DNA of 64,000 nt from an uncultured Verrucomicrobiae bacterium (GTDB lineage: Bacteria; Verrucomicrobiota; Verrucomicrobiia; Chthoniobacterales; Terrimicrobiaceae). Under the pieces are notes generated by a model that had not been told where the DNA came from, did not search any database, and saw only the letters and a list, made by a program, of their open reading frames with translations. Positions 22,294-31,531 of this stretch are shown piece after piece. The first letter of the stretch is position 1. Each line of letters begins with the position of its first letter. The translations under genes and the position numbers were made by a program. Location: positions 448,001-512,000 of the forward strand of contig CAVPOC010000003.1 in the NCBI GenBank assembly GCA_963706955.1, written 5' to 3'.

Positions 22294-23409
22294 ATGCTTC
22301 ACCTTGATGGAATGAACTACGCTCCGGAAGGCAAACCTTCCCCCGTGTGCGAGCCGGGCGATTTTCCGTTTGCCGCAGCGCACCTCGACCATGGGCATAT
22401 TTACGGGCAGTGCAATGGCCTTGTTGAAGCGGGCGGAACGTTGAGGTGGGTGTATGATCCCAACCCCTCACGAGTCAAAGAGTTCTGCGAACGATACCCG
22501 CAAGCAAAGGCGGCCGCAGACTTAGACCAAATTCTCGAGGACGCCTCGATCAAGCTCGTCACGGCGGCGGCGGTGCCAAGCGAACGAGGCCCACTCGGAT
22601 GCCACGTCATGGCCGCGGGAAAGGACTACTTCACCGACAAGACCCCCTTCACGACGTTCGACCAACTGGAGGAGGCCAGACAGGTTGTCGAACGCACGCG
22701 CCGAAAGTACATGGTCTACTACAGCGAACGATTGCATGTGGAATGCGCCGTCCTTGCGGGGCAGCTGGTCGAACAGGGCGCGATCGGTCGTGTTTTCCAG
22801 ACGATCGGATTTGGTCCGCATCGCTTGAATGCGGCCACGCGCCCGGCGTGGTTTTTTCAAAGAGAAAGCTATGGAGGGATTTTGTGCGATATCGGCAGCC
22901 ACCAATCCGAGCAGTTCCTGTTCTACACGGGGGCTGGCGACGCCGAGGTGAATTTCAGCGCCGTCGCCAATTTCAGCAATCCGCAATATCCCGAATTAGA
23001 GGACTTTGGAGAGGCCTCGCTGACAGCGGACAACAGCGCTTCCGGCTACTATCGCGTCGATTGGTCAACCCCGGATGGACTCCGGAGCTGGGGAGATGGT
23101 CGCACCTTCATATTCGGTTCAAAGGGAACCATCGAGCTCCGCAAATACATCGAGATCTCCGCCGAAAATCCTCAGGGCGATCAACTCTACCTGGTCGATG
23201 AAACTGGAGAGCATCACATCTCATGCGCCGGAAAAGTCGGCTATCCATTTTTCGGTCGACTCATCCTTGATTGTCTCCATCGAACCGAGACCGCAATGAC
23301 GCAGGAGCACACGTTCAAGGCCGCAGAGCTATGTCTCAAGGCGCAGGCGGTGGCGGTGCGTTTATCGGAATCCTCAAATGCACTTTACAACCGGGGAATC
23401 CGACAGTAG
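22294..23409 (+). CDS. Gfo/Idh/MocA family oxidoreductase
   Basis: LDHGHIY, DK(T)P, GGILCDIGSHQ, WGDGR motifs. Confidence 0.88.
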   Translation: MLHLDGMNYAPEGKPSPVCEPGDFPFAAAHLDHGHIYGQCNGLVEAGGTLRWVYDPNPSRVKEFCERYPQAKAAADLDQILEDASIKLVTAAAVPSERGPLGCHVMAAGKDYFTDKTPFTTFDQLEEARQVVERTRRKYMVYYSERLHVECAVLAGQLVEQGAIGRVFQTIGFGPHRLNAATRPAWFFQRESYGGILCDIGSHQSEQFLFYTGAGDAEVNFSAVANFSNPQYPELEDFGEASLTADNSASGYYRVDWSTPDGLRSWGDGRTFIFGSKGTIELRKYIEISAENPQGDQLYLVDETGEHHISCAGKVGYPFFGRLILDCLHRTETAMTQEHTFKAAELCLKAQAVAVRLSESSNALYNRGIRQ

Positions 23410-23445
23410 AGAGACTCGACCCCAAAACATCACCCCCCAAAAATC

Positions 23446-24780
23446 ATGAAAAAACTTCTTTGGACATCGTGTCTCACGGTGGCCTTTTCCTGGCTGGGCT
23501 TGAGCATCGCGCAGGCCTGGTCTCTCGAAGAGGCTGCGAAGGATTTTAAAGGAACAGAAATCAAAGTCACCTTCCTCGATCGACCCGGCTACCGAGCGGC
23601 CATCGAGATGCTCCCCGAATTCGAAAAACTTACCGGCATCAAAGTTTCCTACGAGCTTATTCCCTACGAAAACAGTCGAGAAAAACAAGTGCTCGACTTC
23701 TCTGCCCAAGGCGATCTGGCCATCGCTCTGGTGGACCTCGTCTGGATGGGCGAGTTCGCCGAATCGGGCTGGATCGTTCCCGTGGACGAGATCAAGAAGA
23801 AGTTTCCCAACCTGATCGATCCTGATCTCGATTTGGAGGACTTCTTCCCGCTTCTCCTAACTGCCTTTGGATCGTGGAACGGCGTGCTCTACGGGCTGCC
23901 TTTCGACAATTACTCCGGCTTGCTTTATTACAACAAGGATATGCTGAAGGCGGCGGGCTTCGATAAGCCGCCGGAAACCTGGGACGAGCTCATTAACGAC
24001 TATGCTCCCAAGCTGACCAAGGATGGCCAATACGCATTCGCCTTGCAATCGCGGCGAGGCGAAACGCAGTCATGCGACAGCTTTATGCGGTTTCTCTGGC
24101 CGTGGGGCGGTTCGCTGCTTGATCCTAAATTCAAGTCCAACCTGCTCGATGTGAGCTCCCAGACCGGGCTGCAGTTCCGGGAAAAGTTGATGAAGTACAT
24201 GCCGCCGGGCATTGTTGATTTCGACCACAGCGAGACGGTTAACGCGCTTGCTCAAGGCCAGGTGGCCATGATTTGCGAATGGTCCGCTTTCTACAAAACG
24301 CTCACCGAGCCGACCTCAAAGGTCAAAGACTCGCTCGGCATCGCTCCTGAGCCAAAAGGGCCGGCCGGTCGCAAGCCTGCTCTCGGCGGCTTCTCACTTG
24401 CTGTCACCAGCCAGGTCGATGAAAAGAAACAAGGCGCAGCCTGGCTCTTCATCCAATGGGTTACCTCTAAGGCCAAAGCCAAAGAGTATGTCGAAAAGGG
24501 CGGAGTTAGCGGGCGTCAGTCCACCTACAAGGACGAAGCGCTCGTAAAGAAATTCCCGTTCATTCCGCCGATGGTCGAGTCCTGGCAGCAGGGTGTGCCC
24601 GAATTTCGCCCGCGCTTTGCCGAATGGCCCCAGCTCTCGGACATCGTTGCGGAGTGGGGCACCAAAATGATGAGCGGCCAGACAACGGTGAAGGAGGGAT
24701 CCGAAAAGATCGGCACGTTGGTCGAAGGCGTGCTGAAGAAAGCCGGCTACTACGACGGGAAGAAAAAACTAGCACAATGA
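23446..24780 (+). CDS. CUT1 sugar ABC transporter substrate-binding protein
   Basis: Signal peptide (AQA), YGLPF....LYYNKD, PETWDEL, AAWLFIQW. Confidence 0.9.
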   Translation: MKKLLWTSCLTVAFSWLGLSIAQAWSLEEAAKDFKGTEIKVTFLDRPGYRAAIEMLPEFEKLTGIKVSYELIPYENSREKQVLDFSAQGDLAIALVDLVWMGEFAESGWIVPVDEIKKKFPNLIDPDLDLEDFFPLLLTAFGSWNGVLYGLPFDNYSGLLYYNKDMLKAAGFDKPPETWDELINDYAPKLTKDGQYAFALQSRRGETQSCDSFMRFLWPWGGSLLDPKFKSNLLDVSSQTGLQFREKLMKYMPPGIVDFDHSETVNALAQGQVAMICEWSAFYKTLTEPTSKVKDSLGIAPEPKGPAGRKPALGGFSLAVTSQVDEKKQGAAWLFIQWVTSKAKAKEYVEKGGVSGRQSTYKDEALVKKFPFIPPMVESWQQGVPEFRPRFAEWPQLSDIVAEWGTKMMSGQTTVKEGSEKIGTLVEGVLKKAGYYDGKKKLAQ

Positions 24781-24887
24781 GGCGCGCAAGCGCCTCTCGT
24801 CCGCTCCGGGTCGAGGTTGTCCTGTCCTAGATGACGGGCGGCCGCGCCGCGAGACCGACGGCATCGACTCTTGGCAGCTTGCGCCTT

Positions 24888-25055
24888 ATGGCCGACGACC
24901 AAGCACGAAAGCAGCTGTGGCTCATGGGCAGTCTCTATGAGCTTGCGATGCTGGTGCTTTTTGAGATCATCGTCTTAGAACTACTCCGGCGAACCGGAAG
25001 GTCGTTCGGGCTGCCAGGAATCGCCATACGAACCTGGAGTGACATGGCACGATGA
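24888..25055 (+). CDS. Possible small single-TM protein (55 aa) within the ABC operon
   Basis: Hydrophobic stretch LAMLVLFEIIVLELL; stop overlaps next start as ATGA; no homology recognised. Confidence 0.3.
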   Translation: MADDQARKQLWLMGSLYELAMLVLFEIIVLELLRRTGRSFGLPGIAIRTWSDMAR

Positions 25056-25975
25056 GAGCAGGAAAAGAAAAGAAGACCTATTCCTCTGGCGCCTGGTATT
25101 TCCTAGCTCCCGCGGTCATCGTCCTTTTCCTGGTCGGCATCATTCCACTGCTCTTTGCCGCCTGGAACTCGCTCCATGAGTTCATCCTTCCGAAGGTCAA
25201 GTCCCAGGGGAGCATCCTGGGAATTTGGCCGCTTTTTAACGCCCCGTTTATCTGGTTTGGAAACTACCTGGCACTCCTGACCGACCAATCCTTTCGCGAA
25301 GCGCTCCTGCGGACTTTGCTCTTCCTGGTGATCAACTTGCCGATTCAGTTATGTCTGGGAATGGCGATCGCCTTGCTGCTGCACAAACCCGGCAACGAGT
25401 TCCTCAAGAAGATCAACCGCGTCGCCCTCGTCATCCCACTGGCGACCACCTTTGCCGTGGTTGGACTGATGGGACGCCTGATGTTCAATCGCGATTTTGG
25501 CGTCCTCAATTATTTTTGGAGCATGATCTTTGGCGAGAAGGCGGACTGGCTCGCCGATCCCACCCTCGCCTTTGTCTCTATCTCGATCATGGAGAATTGG
25601 CAATGGACTCCCTTTTGCGCGCTCATCCTGTTCTCGAGCCTGACGATGGTCCCGCTCGAAATCGAAGAGGCCGCCCGTCTCGAGACAGAAAAATGGTGGC
25701 AGATCCTTTGGAGAGTGCAGCTTCCCTACATGTTGCCGGGAATCACGATCATCCTGATCCTGAGAACAGCAGATATTCTCAAGCTTTTCGATGTCGTCTA
25801 CACGATGACGCGTGGTGGTCCCGGTTCGGCGACGGAACTGGTTAGCGTTTACGTCCAACGCATCGGGTTCCGGGTCTTTGACCAAGGGATGGCCTCCGCG
25901 CAGGCGATTGTCCTGCTGGTCCTGGCGACGATTCTTTCGCGTCTTTACGTCAAATACGTCTACAAGGAAATCTGA
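25052..25975 (+). CDS. CUT1 sugar ABC permease (MalF-like)
   Basis: WQWTPF, EEAARLE (EAA loop), FD.VY.MT.GGPG.ATE. Confidence 0.92.
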   Translation: MRAGKEKKTYSSGAWYFLAPAVIVLFLVGIIPLLFAAWNSLHEFILPKVKSQGSILGIWPLFNAPFIWFGNYLALLTDQSFREALLRTLLFLVINLPIQLCLGMAIALLLHKPGNEFLKKINRVALVIPLATTFAVVGLMGRLMFNRDFGVLNYFWSMIFGEKADWLADPTLAFVSISIMENWQWTPFCALILFSSLTMVPLEIEEAARLETEKWWQILWRVQLPYMLPGITIILILRTADILKLFDVVYTMTRGGPGSATELVSVYVQRIGFRVFDQGMASAQAIVLLVLATILSRLYVKYVYKEI

Positions 25976-25981
25976 GGCCTA

Positions 25982-26821
25982 ATGAAATCACGCGATTCGC
26001 GTCCGCCCTTCAAGTTGGAGAACCTCCTGCACTTTGTTGGCCTCCTGATCGTGCTGATCGTCTGCGTATTTCCCTTCTATTGGATGGTGGCTGCTTCCCT
26101 CAAGTCGCCGCCAGACATTCTCTCCTCCACACCCCAATTCTTCTTCGAGCCGACTTTGCAAAACTATGTCGATGCCTTTGGCAAGTTCGACATTCTCAAG
26201 AGCCTGAAGAACTCTCTCTTCGTTGCTTTGGTCACGGTAGTTCTCTCGCTCGTGCTCGGGACCCCGGCTGCTTACGCGATCGCACGGTTCGACTTCAAGG
26301 GAAAGCGCGACATCTGGTTTTGGTTTATCTCCAACCGGATGCTCAGTCCGATCGTCGTCGCGCTGCCGTTCTTTCTTATCGCTCGCAATCTCAAACTGCT
26401 GGATACGCCTTGGGCGCTCATTCTGATCTATTTGACCTTCAATGTGCCCATCGTCGTTTGGATTTGCGCCGATCAGTTTCGCAATATTCCGAAAGAACTG
26501 GACGAGGCCGCGACGCTGGAAGGTTACAACTCCTTCGCCATATTCTGGAGAGTCGGACTACCTCTCGCGATGCCCGCCATCGCCGTTTCCGCAATCTTCA
26601 GCTTCATCTTCTCTTGGAACGAGCTCCTCTATGCACTCATCCTGACGCGAAGCGACGCGAAGACCGCTCCGGTGGTCGCGACGAGTTTCATGAGCGGGTA
26701 TGAACTCCCCTGGGGACAAATCATGGCGACCGGAACCGTCGTGGCTCTCCCTGTCATCGTCTTCAGCATGATCGTCTCGCGACAACTCGTTCGCGGACTC
26801 ACCGCCGGCGCCATCAAGTAG
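25982..26821 (+). CDS. CUT1 sugar ABC permease (MalG-like)
   Basis: IPKELDEAATLEG, FIFSWNE, LVRGLTAGAIK. Confidence 0.92.
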   Translation: MKSRDSRPPFKLENLLHFVGLLIVLIVCVFPFYWMVAASLKSPPDILSSTPQFFFEPTLQNYVDAFGKFDILKSLKNSLFVALVTVVLSLVLGTPAAYAIARFDFKGKRDIWFWFISNRMLSPIVVALPFFLIARNLKLLDTPWALILIYLTFNVPIVVWICADQFRNIPKELDEAATLEGYNSFAIFWRVGLPLAMPAIAVSAIFSFIFSWNELLYALILTRSDAKTAPVVATSFMSGYELPWGQIMATGTVVALPVIVFSMIVSRQLVRGLTAGAIK

Positions 26822-26830
26822 AGCATGCTC

Positions 26831-26875
26831 TAGCGGCCGTGTCCCCAGCAGGGGTCGGCGGGGACGCCGCCGCTA
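26831..26875. repeat. REP-like family A element (degenerate)
   Basis: TAGCGGCCGTGTCCCC...GGCGGGGACGCCGCCGCTA between convergent genes. Confidence 0.65.
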
Positions 26876-26978
26876 AGGCTCCTCGTGTAGAAGTGGTTGT
26901 GTCAACCGCCTGAAGACAGGCCCTCAACAAATCTTCCAAGTTATTCACCGGCGCGCTTGCGGCAGCGCCAACCTGAAT

Positions 26979-28073
<1,095 letters not shown>

Positions 28074-28305
28074 CGGTCAACCTCTCCAGTTTACATTGCT
28101 TTGGGGGAACGAAAAGGGGCACACGGAGCCGAAGCTTCGTCACGGTGCCATTCTTAAATAGCATTGTCGCATACTCTGCGAGTCTTTTCCCAGCTGCTCA
28201 AGTGAATCGAATGAAGCTGCGGAAAATGATTGCGGTCTCCCGCGCTCCTGAGGCGGCGCCCATCCATCGGTTGTCCCGTCCCGCAGCCATGCTCTATTTG
28301 CTGCT

Positions 28306-29550
28306 GTGACAAACCTATGGACCTGGGTATTTCTCGGAATGCTCCTCGCGGTCACGACCACGCAGCTGTGGTTGGCGCGACGGCAGATCGCCCACGTTCG
28401 CAAGCACCGGGACGCCGTGCCTAGCAAATTCGCTGGCGCAGTCCCGTTGCCTTCGCACCAAAAAGCAGCCGATTACTCGATGGCCAAGGCGCAGTTGGAG
28501 ATCGCGGAGATCTTGCTCGGCGCGCTGACGCTGCTCGTGTTCACGCTTGGAGGCCTGATAAACTGGTTGGACAAAGCCTGGGAGCCTGTCTTTGGGCATT
28601 GGAGCCTTGCCCATGGCGTTGCCCTCTGCGCCAGCGTTGCGATCGTGTCCGCTCTGGTGGACCTTCCTGTGTCAATCTATCGCACTTTCCTCCTCGAGTC
28701 CCGCTTCGGATTCAATCGGGTGACCCCGCGACTGTTTGTGGCTGACCTCCTCAAGCAAGCCGCGCTAGCCGCCCTCTTTGGAATCCCCCTCTTGTTTATC
28801 GTCCTGTGGCTCACGGACGCAATGGGTGAATTCTGGTGGTTGTATGTCTGGGCGGTGTGGATTGGATTCAATCTTTTGGTACTGTTCCTCTTTCCAACGG
28901 TCATCGCACCGCTTTTCAACAAGTTTACGCCGCTTGGGGATCCGGAACTCGCTGAACGAGTTAAAGGTCTGCTGCAACGCTGTGGCTTCCGATCACGCGG
29001 TCTCTACGTCATGGACGGTTCCAAGCGCTCAAGCCACGGGAACGCTTACTTTACCGGCTTCGGCCCTGCCAAGCGCATCGTCTTCTTCGATACGCTGCTC
29101 GCCCGGCTCACCTCTCCGGAGGTTGAAGCTGTGCTTGCACACGAGCTCGGTCACCACAAGCTGCTGCACATTTGGAAGCACGCACTCTTGTTATTCGCGG
29201 CTTCTTTTGGGCTCCTCTGGGGATTCGGCCAATTGATCGACCAACGCTGGTTCTACGAAGGACTTGGAGTTTCCACACCAAGTTCTGCAGCAGGATTGAT
29301 CCTGTTCATGATGGCGGTGCCCATCTTCTTTTTCTTCCTTCAGCCACTTTCGAGTCGCTTTTCGCGGCAGCACGAGTTCGAAGCCGACGCATATTCCTCC
29401 GCGCACGCCAACGCGATGGACCTCAAGAGTGCTCTCGTAAAGCTCTACAAGGACAATGCCTCAACCTTGACCCCCGACCCGTTGCACTCGGCATTTTACG
29501 ACTCGCATCCTCCCGCCATTGCGCGCATATCCCGACTGACGACAGCCTGA
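28306..29550 (+). CDS. M48 family (Ste24-like) membrane zinc metallopeptidase
   Basis: DGSKRSSHGNAYF, AHELGH zinc motif, EFEAD, SHPP; multiple TM helices. Confidence 0.93.
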   Translation: MTNLWTWVFLGMLLAVTTTQLWLARRQIAHVRKHRDAVPSKFAGAVPLPSHQKAADYSMAKAQLEIAEILLGALTLLVFTLGGLINWLDKAWEPVFGHWSLAHGVALCASVAIVSALVDLPVSIYRTFLLESRFGFNRVTPRLFVADLLKQAALAALFGIPLLFIVLWLTDAMGEFWWLYVWAVWIGFNLLVLFLFPTVIAPLFNKFTPLGDPELAERVKGLLQRCGFRSRGLYVMDGSKRSSHGNAYFTGFGPAKRIVFFDTLLARLTSPEVEAVLAHELGHHKLLHIWKHALLLFAASFGLLWGFGQLIDQRWFYEGLGVSTPSSAAGLILFMMAVPIFFFFLQPLSSRFSRQHEFEADAYSSAHANAMDLKSALVKLYKDNASTLTPDPLHSAFYDSHPPAIARISRLTTA

Positions 29551-29654
29551 TCGAATTTTTCGTCTCCATCAGCGCACTTGGAGCCCGGTCGCACCTCGCA
29601 GTTCGTTGCCTCCCCCTTGAAGGATTCATAGAGCCTTCGATCCAAGTCACGACT

Positions 29655-30050
29655 CTACGGTTGCGTCTTGATCATGTGGTCTGTGACCTTACTGGTCTCG
29701 GCATCCGGTACTCGGGCGCAATAGGAAGGGGTGAGAAATAAGAGCGCCGCTACGATCGCAGCTCCAGCGAAGGCGCCTGCAAAAAGCCGCAGGAAATCGA
29801 GCCTCGCGGCACAATGGATCAGCCATCCCCAGATGAGCACCAGATTAACCGCCGAAAGGCTGAAGAACACCTTGCCAAGCACACTCTCTTGCCTTGGATG
29901 AACGAAGGTCTCCCAGGCGATCATTTCCGATGCTTGACCGCCCCGAATCGCTGGCACCAGTCCGGAAGCCATCAGCGCCCCGATTGCAATCATCACGCCG
30001 AAACTAAGGCAGAGAAGCGTTCGAAAGATCGTGCCCAGGATGGTTTTCAC
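29655..30050 (-). CDS. Hypothetical membrane protein (3 predicted TM)
   Basis: 131-aa ORF with three hydrophobic segments filling the intergenic space. Confidence 0.55.
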   Translation of the reverse strand: MKTILGTIFRTLLCLSFGVMIAIGALMASGLVPAIRGGQASEMIAWETFVHPRQESVLGKVFFSLSAVNLVLIWGWLIHCAARLDFLRLFAGAFAGAAIVAALLFLTPSYCARVPDAETSKVTDHMIKTQP

Positions 30051-30127
30051 AGCGGCGAGAGAAAACTACCACAACTCTCCGTTGCGAACGCGGGCAAGAT
30101 CAGCCCGGCCACGACAACACTGCTTGC

Positions 30128-30186
30128 TGTAGCGGCGATGTCCCCATCGCCGAAGGCCTCCCCGGCGATGAGACATCGCCGCTACA
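30128..30186. repeat. REP-like family A doublet (TGTAG...CTACA)
   Basis: TGTAGCGGCGATGTCCCCATCGCCG-spacer-CGGCGATGAGACATCGCCGCTACA. Confidence 0.85.
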
Positions 30187-30350
30187 AGAACACCTTGTCG
30201 AGCGGTTCCTAACGCCGACGCGCGGCGCGTATGCCACCGTCACCACCCGCCGCTGAACAAGGCAAATAAAAGACCTGCTGCGCGAGCCACGACACGGAAA
30301 CGAAACACTGCTTGCCATCGCAGTATTTCGCCCCTGGTTCGATAGCTCGC

Positions 30351-30665
30351 TCACCGCATGCCTGAGGCCATATGTGCGAAACCACTGGATTCATCTGTAT
30401 CTCCCGATTTTGAGGAAAATGAGCGACGCGCAATCGCTTCCTCCGCCAAATCCGGAAGAAACAAATGCGGAAAGTCGGTGTGCCATGCCACGATTTCGGC
30501 CTGGTTGATCGCTTCGCGAATCCTCGCCGTCTCGCCAGGAAAACGGCGCTCATACTGCGCCTGTAGCCGCAACTTCAGCTCGCGCAACGCCACCTCCAGT
30601 CGACCGCAATAGACATCAAGAGCGTCCGGCACAGCCCGACAGTTTGTCGTCAGAATTCCATTCAT
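30351..30665 (-). CDS. Small helical hypothetical protein (104 aa)
   Basis: Directly downstream of the TetR gene; protein-like motif AINQAE..AW.T.FPHLFLP.LAEE, which I associate with Verrucomicrobia (unverified). Confidence 0.65.
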   Translation of the reverse strand: MNGILTTNCRAVPDALDVYCGRLEVALRELKLRLQAQYERRFPGETARIREAINQAEIVAWHTDFPHLFLPDLAEEAIARRSFSSKSGDTDESSGFAHMASGMR

Positions 30666-30712
30666 TGCTTTACTTTATATTTGACCAGTCGTCTATATCT
30701 TGAAAGAAATTA

Positions 30713-31321
30713 TCATTTGTTGACTTCGACCTTGGCTCCGAGGAGGTCCAGAGCGCAGGGATAGACATCCCGGAGTAGTTCGAGATTGTTATGGATGCGA
30801 GCCTGGGTGAGGCCGCCCTGGATGAACATGAAAAGTGTCTTGGCCTTGGCCTTGGGGTCGGGGGCCACAATGAGGCCTTCGGCGTGGGCGTCGCGGATGG
30901 CGGACTCGAAATAGGTTAGCTTTCGCTCGAGGATCTCCTGAACCTTTTCGCGAAGAGCGGTCTCCTGCGTACACACTTCGCTGCCGAGCGCATTGAGAGG
31001 ACAGCCGAGCACGGCGCCGCATTCCTCCTTGACCTGTTGGAGGTATTCGAAACTGAACTCGAAGTAGCGCTTCAGTCTCTCCAGGGGCGGCACCGTCGGC
31101 GAGAAGATGGTATCAAGTTGTGCCCGCTGCTCCTTCCAGTCAGCATCAAGTGCAGCCACGGCCAGATCACACTTCGACTTGAAAAAGTAGTAGAAGCTCC
31201 CCTTCTTGACCTTGGCTTTGTCGCAAATCGCATCAACGGAAGTCGCTCCATAACTGTGACCCCAAATCATCCCCAAGGCGATGTTGGTGAGACGCTCCTT
31301 GGCCGTACTTGTTCTCGGCAT
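30713..31321 (-). CDS. TetR/AcrR family regulator, NemR-like
   Basis: HTH YGATSVDAIC..A.V.KGSFYYFF.SK; C-terminal GCPL..LGSE. Confidence 0.92.
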   Translation of the reverse strand: MPRTSTAKERLTNIALGMIWGHSYGATSVDAICDKAKVKKGSFYYFFKSKCDLAVAALDADWKEQRAQLDTIFSPTVPPLERLKRYFEFSFEYLQQVKEECGAVLGCPLNALGSEVCTQETALREKVQEILERKLTYFESAIRDAHAEGLIVAPDPKAKAKTLFMFIQGGLTQARIHNNLELLRDVYPCALDLLGAKVEVNK

Positions 31322-31334
31322 GCCAAAACTTGCA

Positions 31335-31360
31335 TGAATTTGACTGAATAGTCAAATTCA
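31335..31360. promoter_or_regulatory. Palindromic operator, probable TetR autoregulatory site
   Basis: Perfect 11-bp inverted repeat TGAATTTGACT-N4-AGTCAAATTCA, 13 bp upstream of the TetR start codon. Confidence 0.75.
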
Positions 31361-31412
31361 AATTGCAACTCATCCTGTACCTACGACGTCGCCCATCGCC
31401 GGGCGCGTTTCT

Positions 31413-31527
31413 TGTCGCGGCGATGTCCTCATCGTCGAGCGTCTCCAACCCAAGTGCACACCGGCGAAGACGCGCCCTAGTGAGGACGCGCTTACCTAAG
31501 GTCGGCGGCGGGGACGCCGCCGCTACA
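31413..31527. repeat. REP-like family A doublet with long spacer
   Basis: TGTCGCGGCGATGTCCTCATCGTCG ... CGGCGGCGGGGACGCCGCCGCTACA. Confidence 0.7.
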
Positions 31528-31531
31528 GCAG

